The notes beneath the pieces were generated by a model. That model ran no database searches, was not told where the DNA came from, and saw only the letters and a program-made list of their open reading frames with translations. DNA of 23,256 bases, taken from assembly GCA_963840855.1 (NCBI GenBank), contig CAWJBB010000028.1:1-23256 (forward strand), written 5' to 3'. The stretch comes from an uncultured delta proteobacterium. GTDB lineage: Bacteria; Desulfobacterota; Binatia; UBA9968. A program made the position numbers and the translations under genes. This document shows positions 8,942 through 15,659 of this stretch, piece after piece; the stretch's first letter is position 1, and the number at the start of each line of letters is the position of its first letter.

Positions 8942-8971
8942 GTCGGGTTACGCTTCGCTAAACCGACCTAC
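8942..8971 (-). repeat. GTAG-family REP directly upstream of the RAYT
   Basis: Minus strand reads GTAG-GTCGGTTTA-GCGAAGC-G-TAACCCGAC: a GTAG tetranucleotide plus an imperfect palindrome, 15 nt before the RAYT ATG. Confidence 0.85.
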
Positions 8972-9091
8972 TAGCTCTGAACTCCTGGGCATTAAGGTGC
9001 ACGTTGGAGACCAGAAAACCCTCCATCGTAGGGTTACATCTTAAATGATGCAATGAATCATCACACGGTTACATTCTTAAATGAGTTGACA
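8972..9091 (+). mobile_element. Orphan insertion-sequence end (ISNCY/IS1202-like), body lost
   Basis: Ends in GAGTTGACA (TGTCAAC on the minus strand). Two internal direct repeats: GGTTACATCTTAAATGA (9032-9048) and GGTTACATTCTTAAATGA (9067-9084). A short open frame SELLGIKVHVGDQKTLHRRVTS* stops inside the first repeat. Family assignment is from end architecture only. Confidence 0.55.
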
Positions 9092-9122
9092 GGTCCGCCG
9101 CCGCATCCGTATCGCCTGAGTT

Positions 9123-10145
9123 CTAGCGCGCTTGGGTTCCGCTTTCCTGCACCTTCCTGAGGAAACTCATATCCTCCAGATCATCCGGCGTAAACTGCTT
9201 GGCGATTTTCAATGTCTCACGGTAGATCTCGATCTCCCGTTCTACTAGTTTGCGCGGCTTGGTGCCGTCCTTGCTAAAAGAGAGCATCTGGGCGCTGAAC
9301 GCTTTTTCAGCGAGCGGCAAATCGATGTTGTGATAGCGGGCGATGTATTGAATCACTTCGTTGCGGTTTGCCGGGCTGTGCATGAAGAGCATGGTACGGT
9401 AAAGGGCAGCGACCACTCCTTGCGCCTTGTGTGGATTTTTCTTGACGGCCTCGAGCGAGACTACCAGGCCGATAAAGCTCAACGGCGCGTAGGTTCTCGC
9501 CTCGGCGAGTTTGTTGTAACCTTTTGCTTCCAGCTCTTCAGAATATGGCGGCGCCAATAATGTCGCGGCAATCTTGCGGGTCGCAAACGCCTTGAGCGTG
9601 TTATCCGTCACACCCATCGCGAGCAGCGTGGTGCGCGACAAATCAATGTTGTTACCCCGGAGAATCATCGTCGTCGACATTCCCACCGCATCCGTCAGAG
9701 AGGTTACGCCAATGACCTTGCCCGCGAGTTCCTGTATCGATTTGATTTCCGGCTGCGCCATAAGCACGTGGGATGGTTCCGCCTGGACGTAGAAAAACCG
9801 CTTGAGCGGCAAGCCGCGCATGATGGCGGAGGTCGCCGCCCCGGTGGTCGACGAGAAATCCAATTCGCCGCCCACCAGCGCCGCGATAGCCGTGGGCGGC
9901 GACATCATAACCAGCTGCGGTTCGATCTGCTCCGACCCAAAGAATCCTTTGTCCTTGCCGAAGTAATACGGCATGATTGAAAGACTTTTCGATGGCACGT
10001 GAATCGTAACCTTGGTTGGAGCCGACGCCGACCAACTTGATGGACTCCAAAGGCCGACCACGGCGACGACAATTACCGTCGCCGTCAATTGTCTAAAAAC
10101 ATATTTTTTCGTAGCCCATGATTCGCTCGGTCTCTCTTTCGACAT
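9123..10145 (-). CDS. ABC transporter substrate-binding protein, NMT1/TauA (NitT/TauT) type
   Basis: Signal peptide (...FRQLTATVIVVAVVGLWSPSSWSA), KDKGFF, AIAALVGGELDF, IKSIQELAGKVIGV. Start is ATG 10145 or ATG 10163, the latter overlapping the upstream stop. The ORF-track start at 10313 overlaps the upstream gene and is rejected. Confidence 0.9.
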   Translation of the reverse strand: MSKERPSESWATKKYVFRQLTATVIVVAVVGLWSPSSWSASAPTKVTIHVPSKSLSIMPYYFGKDKGFFGSEQIEPQLVMMSPPTAIAALVGGELDFSSTTGAATSAIMRGLPLKRFFYVQAEPSHVLMAQPEIKSIQELAGKVIGVTSLTDAVGMSTTMILRGNNIDLSRTTLLAMGVTDNTLKAFATRKIAATLLAPPYSEELEAKGYNKLAEARTYAPLSFIGLVVSLEAVKKNPHKAQGVVAALYRTMLFMHSPANRNEVIQYIARYHNIDLPLAEKAFSAQMLSFSKDGTKPRKLVEREIEIYRETLKIAKQFTPDDLEDMSFLRKVQESGTQAR

Positions 10146-10155
10146 ATTTTCTGTC

Positions 10156-10746
10156 TCATTCATGGAAACGGCTTGCAGCAGCTGCGGCGACTCTGCCGAC
10201 CGCCGGCAACGGGCAAAACCCCTGCGATTCGACGGCGAAGACCGGATTGAACTTGCTGCGGAAATTTTCCAAGGCAATGATCGCTGCCAACTCCACCAAT
10301 TCTTCCTCGCCATAGTACCGCTTCAAGCGATTGAAAAACCGGTCCGTGACGCGCTTGCTCGTGTACGTCATGCGCTCGCAAAGCTCCAGCGCGAGTTTTT
10401 CTTTAACCGACAACAGCGCGTTTTTTCGATAATCGCCCAACGCCGCTTCCACCTTCTCCGCCGAGGCCCCATTTCGCATCCCACTGGATGCGTTGATGTC
10501 AATTCAATACGGACAGCCGTTGATGCTCGCCGCCTTCATGCAGAGCAGATGCCGCACATCAGCCGGGATGAGACCGGAGGCGACTATCCCTTGCTGCAAA
10601 GCCTGCACGCCTTTTTGAATTGTCGGTCTGAGCCCGTAAACCTTTGCGGTGTTCAGTATCGCGCCGTGTTGCTTCTCCTGCTCTTCGAAGAGTTTCCGTA
10701 CTTCCTCCGTCGCGTTTTCCTTGGTGGCACCATTGATTCTCAGCAT
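10156..10746 (-). CDS. AhpD/carboxymuconolactone decarboxylase (CMD) family selenoprotein, 196 aa, CxxU motif
   Basis: ORFs 10504-10746 and 10156-10479 are in the same frame, separated by a single TGA (10504-10506) plus 8 sense codons: ...KAASINGCPY-U-IDINASSGMRNG... The TGA occupies the second Cys of the AhpD CxxC. GGGAGG RBS at the first ATG; SECIS-like hairpin downstream of the TGA. Confidence 0.88.
10475..10492 (-). promoter_or_regulatory. Bacterial SECIS-like element
   Basis: mRNA reads UGA-AUUGACAUCAA-CGCAUCC-AGUG-GGAUGCG: a perfect 7-bp stem starting 11 nt after the UGA, with GU in a 4-nt apical loop. Confidence 0.8.
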
Positions 10747-10770
10747 TGCAATCCTCCCGGTAGAAAACCT

Positions 10771-10794
10771 GTAGGGGACGGTCGCGACCGTCCC
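10771..10794 (+). repeat. GTAG-family REP
   Basis: GTAG followed by the perfect 20-bp palindrome GGGACGGTCGCGACCGTCCC, intergenic between the amidohydrolase and the AhpD-like gene. Confidence 0.8.
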
Positions 10795-10801
10795 TTCGCT
10801 T

Positions 10802-11758
10802 TTAAGTTAGATTCAACAGGCGCGCCGCCGTGCCTGCGAGCATGCCGTCAATGATTTTCGCATCCAGCGGCAAGTTTCGAATTGTTTCGATATATTCGCC
10901 GATGCCGTCGGCGTTTTTACCCATCTTGGGGTCGGTGTTGTTGAAGTTTTGGGGATAGTCCGTGGCGAACACCATACGCTCGGGTTTTATCCCTTCCAAC
11001 GCACAGCGCAGCGCGATAGGGCTACCCTCGAATCCCGCCATATCGAAATAAAGCAGATCGAAATACTCTTCGAATAATTTTGGCAATTTGAACCGGTACG
11101 ACGAGCGCGCGATCCGTTCTTTGTAGCCCGCCATTCCGCCACCGAAGTGAGCGAAGACAAGCTTTAGTTCAGGGTAGCGGTCGAGAACACCTCCGGCGAT
11201 AAGCCGCGTCACGGCGACGCCTAAATCAAATTCCCGCGTAAGGATGACCGGCAGCATGTAATCTTTCAGCAGATCGTAACCCTTCGGCGCCAGCGCCGGA
11301 TGAACAAACACGGTCGCACCGAGCTTAGCGACTCGTTGGAAGAAGGGTCGAAACTCTTCGGCATCCAGCGACAGCCCGTTAACCTGCGAAGATATTGTCG
11401 CGCCTTTTAGTCCCAGCTCGCTCACGGCTCGCTCCAACTCCGTAAGGGCCGCCTCCCCGTCCAGCGGCGGCAGATGCGCCAGACCGACGAACCGCCCGGG
11501 ATAGTCCTTCTGCAGCTGCGCCGTGGCATCGTTGATCAATCGGCAATTATCCAAAGTCGTTTCCCAACCCAAGATGCAACTCAACACCGCCATGTCGACG
11601 CCCGCCCGGTCCATCTCTTCGAGCTGCGCTTGCATATCGAACAACTGCGCATGCACCGACGCATCCCCCTGTCTTACCGGAACTTTACTGTCAGTCTTCA
11701 TGCCCAGCCGGCGCGCCAACTCCACCGGGATGTAATGATGCTCGAAATCGATGACCAT
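10802..11758 (-). CDS. Amidohydrolase-2 family protein (ACMSD/LigW-like decarboxylase or hydratase)
   Basis: Metal-binding and fold motifs IDFEHH, MDRAGVD, ELERAV, FVHP, AHFGG, LYFD and FATDYP; GAGG RBS. Confidence 0.9.
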   Translation of the reverse strand: MVIDFEHHYIPVELARRLGMKTDSKVPVRQGDASVHAQLFDMQAQLEEMDRAGVDMAVLSCILGWETTLDNCRLINDATAQLQKDYPGRFVGLAHLPPLDGEAALTELERAVSELGLKGATISSQVNGLSLDAEEFRPFFQRVAKLGATVFVHPALAPKGYDLLKDYMLPVILTREFDLGVAVTRLIAGGVLDRYPELKLVFAHFGGGMAGYKERIARSSYRFKLPKLFEEYFDLLYFDMAGFEGSPIALRCALEGIKPERMVFATDYPQNFNNTDPKMGKNADGIGEYIETIRNLPLDAKIIDGMLAGTAARLLNLT

Positions 11759-11840
11759 AAGACCTCACAAAAATCTGACTCATAAAACCGTATCCCAGGG
11801 TTTTAAAGGCTGCAAGGAAGAACGGCATCCGAGGTTTTGG

Positions 11841-11868
11841 TTGACGCCCCGATTGACCAGAGTAAAAT
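11841..11868 (+). promoter_or_regulatory. Putative sigma70 promoter for the SBP at 11925
   Basis: TTGACG-N16-TAAAAT in the divergent intergenic region. Confidence 0.5.
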
Positions 11869-11924
11869 GAGTGGCGACTTTATCGTGGTTTGCGATCGTG
11901 TGATTTCTGACACGAGGAGGGCCT

Positions 11925-12935
11925 ATGGAGAAAGAGCGCACGCGCTGGAGAAGGTGGTCGAGAGTCTTTCTTTCTGGCCTCCTACTCCTCGCGCTCTCAA
12001 CGCACTCATTGGCCGCGGAGCGAATCCACACCGCTTATTTTTCGCCCGCGCCTGGGGCCTCGGCAGTCATCTGGGTGGCCAAAGAGGCGCGCCTCTTCGA
12101 TAAGCATGGTCTCGACGTCGCCCCCGTGTTGATTCCAAGCAGCGTGCGCACGCTGCAGGCGATCTTGGCGGGAGAAAGCGCCATCGCCGAGAGCGCCGGC
12201 CCTGCGGTTGCCAGCGCCCGTCTCGCCGGAGGCGACGTTGTCGCGCTGGCGGGGAGCATCAACATCCTCACTTACTATTTTGTCACCTTGCCGAGCATCA
12301 AGCGGGCCGAAGAACTGAAGGGAAAAATTGGCGCAAACCAGAGTCCCGGCACCATCGCGGATTTCGCCCTGCGCGTGAGCCTGCGAAAGCTCGGTCTCGA
12401 TCCGGCCAAGGACGTTAGCTTGCGCTCCATCGGCGTGCTTTACGATCGCATCGCCGCGATGCAAAAGGGGATCGTGCAATTTACCGTGCTCACCGAGGCG
12501 GAGAAACCCATCGTCGATAAGTTGGGCTTTCCGGTCTTACTCGATCTGATCTCGCTGAAGATTCCCTTTCCCCAACGCGGCATCTATACCACGGGCAAGT
12601 ATATTAAAGAGCAGCCGGACACGGTGCGGCGCTATACGCGAGCCTACGTGGAAGCGATCCACTATTTCAAAACCCGCAAAGAAGAAACCATGCAGATCAT
12701 GCGCAAGTATTCACGGGTGGAGGACCGGAACGTGCTGGAGCACACCTGGTCCTGGTTTACCCAAAATATGCCCGAGTATCCTTACCCGCCGGTTGAGGGC
12801 TACCAGGTCGTCTTGCAGGAAATGGCGTCGACCAATCCCAAGGCGGGGTCACTGAATGCGAAGGAACTCGTGGACGTTCGTTTTATAAAGGAACTGGAGG
12901 ACGGCGGGTTTGTTGCGAGTCTCTCTAAGAAATAA
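11925..12935 (+). CDS. ABC transporter substrate-binding protein, NMT1/TauA type
   Basis: GAGGAGG RBS, signal peptide, WVAKEARLFDKHGLDV, QAILAGE, ELKGKIG, GLDPAKDV, FIKELEDGGFV. Confidence 0.92.
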   Translation: MEKERTRWRRWSRVFLSGLLLLALSTHSLAAERIHTAYFSPAPGASAVIWVAKEARLFDKHGLDVAPVLIPSSVRTLQAILAGESAIAESAGPAVASARLAGGDVVALAGSINILTYYFVTLPSIKRAEELKGKIGANQSPGTIADFALRVSLRKLGLDPAKDVSLRSIGVLYDRIAAMQKGIVQFTVLTEAEKPIVDKLGFPVLLDLISLKIPFPQRGIYTTGKYIKEQPDTVRRYTRAYVEAIHYFKTRKEETMQIMRKYSRVEDRNVLEHTWSWFTQNMPEYPYPPVEGYQVVLQEMASTNPKAGSLNAKELVDVRFIKELEDGGFVASLSKK

Positions 12936-12994
12936 TCCGAGTTCCTCAGTGTAGTCTCTCAAAATTTCGGTCACAAAACCGGAAGACCCAATGT

Positions 12995-13094
12995 CGTCAT
13001 TCCCGCGAAAGGGGCTTGTAGGGGCGGGTTTCAAACCCGCCCTTACCCTGGATTCCGGCTCGCGTAAGCTATCGCCAGCTTGGCCGGAATGACG
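12995..13094. repeat. Composite palindromic element: CGTC/ATTCC-type REP shell with a GTAG REP nested inside, between convergent genes
   Basis: Outer inverted repeat CGTCATTCC (12995-13003) / GGAATGACG (13086-13094). Inner GTAGGGGCGGGTTTCAAACCCGCCCTTAC (13018-13046). A further hairpin ATTCCGGC...GCCGGAAT (13052-13090). Confidence 0.75.
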
Positions 13095-13144
13095 TGTATG
13101 AATAAGTCCCCCCAATTTAAGCGACGCTACGTTAGTTCAGAAAG

Positions 13145-14062
13145 TCAATGGATGCCTACCGCCTTTCGGTAGTAGGACAGGTCCAAATATTTCTCAACAG
13201 GCGGAAGCGGACGTTTCAGATACCCCAGGTCGGCGCGGAGTTCGAGCACGGCGGCGACGCCCGGAAGGTTGAGTTCGGCGTTTGGATAGATACCGTTTTG
13301 GGGGTCCAAAAGCGTGTCTAACGTCTTTTCCGCCGAGGATATCTTGATCTCGTTATTTTTCATGAGGTAGCCTAGACACGCCTGGCGATTCCCCGGATCA
13401 AAACACCATCTGGTCGCCTCCACGTAAGCCCGGATGTAGCCCACGATCAGGTCAGGATTCTGCGCTGCCCAGTTTCTTCGGGCGATCCCGCAGGTGGCCT
13501 GATAGACGGGAATCAGCTCATCCGGCCGGGCGAGCAAGTGACAACCGGACTCGAGCGCTTCTTCTATATAAGGAGAACTGAGTATGGTTGCGGCGAACTT
13601 GCCCTCCAGGAGAGCCCGGAAGCGCCTTTCCAAACCGCCCGCCTCCACCAGTGCGTAATCTTCGGGACCGAAACCCATAGAGCGCAGCTTTTTCTCCAGA
13701 GGAAACACAAAGCCTGAAGTCCTGGCGTCGACGCCGAGAGATTTACCCCGCAATGAAGAGATGTCTGGATATTCCGGCGCCCCCACCAGGCTTAGCAGGC
13801 CGCCAAAAATCCCCATGAAGAGAAAAAGGTCAGAATCCCCGCCCTCTGCCTCGACATCCGCCACCAGATCATCCGCCGCGCTGTGGGCGATCTCAAACTT
13901 TCCGGCCTTGAGAGCCTCGATGAGGTAATCGGAACCGGGTGTGTACTCAAACTCCACGTTGAGGCCGTGGCGCGCAAACTGTCCCTGCTCAATCGCTACA
14001 TGTACCGGAAGGTTGTAGCCGGCGCGGAACTGGATCATTCTTAACGTGACTGGGGAGGCCAT
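13145..14062 (-). CDS. NMT1/THI5/TauA-like binding-fold protein, apparently without a signal peptide
   Basis: MASPVTLRMIQFRAGYNLPVHVAIEQGQFARHGLNVE..., LRGKSLGVDARTSGF, RFRALLEG, YLDLSYY. GAGGA RBS upstream of ATG 14062. The ORF-track TTG at 14158 sits at the edge of a repeat element. Confidence 0.85.
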   Translation of the reverse strand: MASPVTLRMIQFRAGYNLPVHVAIEQGQFARHGLNVEFEYTPGSDYLIEALKAGKFEIAHSAADDLVADVEAEGGDSDLFLFMGIFGGLLSLVGAPEYPDISSLRGKSLGVDARTSGFVFPLEKKLRSMGFGPEDYALVEAGGLERRFRALLEGKFAATILSSPYIEEALESGCHLLARPDELIPVYQATCGIARRNWAAQNPDLIVGYIRAYVEATRWCFDPGNRQACLGYLMKNNEIKISSAEKTLDTLLDPQNGIYPNAELNLPGVAAVLELRADLGYLKRPLPPVEKYLDLSYYRKAVGIH

Positions 14063-14157
14063 TCCGTCGTCCTCTATCATACCCGCCGCAGAAGCAAAAG
14101 TTCGGACGCAGACGAGGAAAATGATCGCGTTCGTAGTTTTAACCAACACGATCAACA

Positions 14158-14285
14158 ATGCTGCTGAAAAATCCTATGAATGCTTCGACTAAGCTCAGCA
14201 TGAACGGAATATGTCAATGACTTCAACCGTTCCTCCGTTCGTCCTGAGGTTCTCGAAGGATGAACGGAGAATTTTTGAGCAGAAT
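14158..14285. mobile_element. MITE-like element carrying an inverted REP doublet
   Basis: Terminal inverted repeats ATGCTGCTGAAAAAT / ATTTTTGAGCAGAAT (13 of 15 match). Internal inverted pair CTTCGACTAAGCTCAGCATGAACGGA (14183-14208) and TCCGTTCGTCCTGAGGTTCTCGAAG (14234-14258). Confidence 0.65.
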
Positions 14286-14349
14286 CACCAACGCAATGTA
14301 TCCGCCCAAGAGTTTCTTTAAGATCTATGTGACCGAAAAATCTCGCCGA

Positions 14350-15408
14350 TCAGTGCGGCAGCGGGCCGGCGCCGGCAAGCTTTTTGAAAAGCTCGATCAC
14401 TTCAGGCTCGCGCGGAATGTCCCTGATCGCCTGCTCATGCGCTTCGGGTGGAAATGGCGACGCGTCGTCTCCGGTGAGCTTTTTGTACTCGCGCAGAAAT
14501 TCCGGGTCTCTATAGGTTTTGCGAAAAGCTTCCTGAAGAATCTCAACCCGATCCTTGGGAGTTCCCGGCGGAATGACAAAGGGAGTGCCGGCAACTCTGA
14601 AGGCGCGCCCCAAAACGATCACCTTGCGATCCCTATCCGACTTGGCGAAGCTTTCCAGCTCGGGCACATTACTGAACTGCGGGTGCTTATCCCCCTTGGG
14701 AATTTCCAAGATCGCATGAAAGTCCACCAGCCCTTTTTCCAGCCAGTCGCGGTTGCGTTGCGCGACGGTATCAGCCGCCGTCGCTCGCGCATCCACTTCG
14801 CCGCGCATGAGCGCCGGGTCGATCTCAGGGCCTGAATAACCCGTGACGAATTTCGGGTCCTTAAGACCGAGAATATAAGCAAACAGGCGGCCTTCGTTAT
14901 AGGTTGAAAACCCCACCGATTGGCCGCCGATCCTGACCCCGGTAGCGGCCCGGAGTTTCTCTATACTGCTAAGGCCGGCCTGCTTCCTAGTGAGAAAAAT
15001 CGGATGATAGCTGCTGTATGGCGAACCTAGATAGAAAAATTTGTCGAGATCGTAGAGGACTCCGCTTTCTCCCAATACCGCTGCGGAAACCATGCCGATG
15101 CCGGGGTTAGCGATCGAAAGCCCGTCGGGGCGAGACGACCGGTAGATATGATTGGCCGCCTTTCGGCCCCCTCCTCCCGGCATATACTCGCTGACGAAGC
15201 TGGGGTTTCCGGGAGTATATTTCTGCAAGAAAGGGATCATGGCTCTGACCCGCATATCTCCCGTGCCGCCGGGCTCGCGGCCTTGAATGATGATAATGGT
15301 CTTGCCCTGAAAGAAAGAAGTTTGGGCGAGAGTCAAACTGGGAGGGAGGCAAAGGCTGAACAGGAATCCGCAGGCTACCCGCCATATTGAGAGGGTTATA
15401 GTTCTCAT
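14350..15408 (-). CDS. Tripartite tricarboxylate transporter substrate-binding protein (TctC/Bug-like)
   Basis: GGAGG RBS, ATG 15408, signal peptide ending SLTLAQ. Motifs FFQGKTI, PGGTGD, YMPGGGGRKAAN, PDGL, GYSG...ALMRGEVD, PPGTPKDRVEIL. Confidence 0.9.
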   Translation of the reverse strand: MRTITLSIWRVACGFLFSLCLPPSLTLAQTSFFQGKTIIIIQGREPGGTGDMRVRAMIPFLQKYTPGNPSFVSEYMPGGGGRKAANHIYRSSRPDGLSIANPGIGMVSAAVLGESGVLYDLDKFFYLGSPYSSYHPIFLTRKQAGLSSIEKLRAATGVRIGGQSVGFSTYNEGRLFAYILGLKDPKFVTGYSGPEIDPALMRGEVDARATAADTVAQRNRDWLEKGLVDFHAILEIPKGDKHPQFSNVPELESFAKSDRDRKVIVLGRAFRVAGTPFVIPPGTPKDRVEILQEAFRKTYRDPEFLREYKKLTGDDASPFPPEAHEQAIRDIPREPEVIELFKKLAGAGPLPH

Positions 15409-15486
15409 CGTTTCCTCCGATTGCGCCTCGTAGCGGCCGAGATTTTCGACCAATGAAACTAACGGCGCGAGCCATTGATTGGTCCA

Positions 15487-15516
15487 AGGCTAATCGAAGG
15501 CGCGCTGCGGCGTCAA
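15487..15516 (-). promoter_or_regulatory. Possible sigma70 promoter for the TctC-like gene
   Basis: Minus strand TTGACG-N18-TAGCCT. Confidence 0.3.
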
Positions 15517-15566
15517 GGGACGAGAATAAGCGATAGTGATTAGAAAAAATGGGGGACAAGCAAAAC

Positions 15567-15595
15567 TTGACGCCAATCGGGGCGTGGACTATCTT
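15567..15595 (+). promoter_or_regulatory. Putative sigma70 promoter for the beta-propeller gene
   Basis: TTGACG-N17-TATCTT upstream of ATG 15660. Confidence 0.45.
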
Positions 15596-15659
15596 CGTGT
15601 TCAAAATCAATGCGGTTCGTCGGAAAGACAAAAAACTTTTTGCGCTCAAGAGGTATAAT

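Noticed and set aside
9032-9084. Mini-CRISPR from two direct repeats
   Set aside because: There are only two 17-18-nt copies with an 18-nt gap, and the adjacent TGTCAAC terminus fits an IS end better.
10156-10746. Two separate small genes, or a nonsense pseudogene
   Set aside because: In-frame continuity, a TGA exactly at the CxxC cysteine and a correctly spaced SECIS-like hairpin favour Sec recoding.
11925-11990. Tat signal peptide (RWRRW)
   Set aside because: It does not fit S/T-R-R-x-F-L and reads as an ordinary basic Sec n-region.
15654-15659. Perfect TATAAT as a -10 box
   Set aside because: It lies between the RBS and the ATG, directly abutting the start codon, which is too close even for a leaderless transcript.
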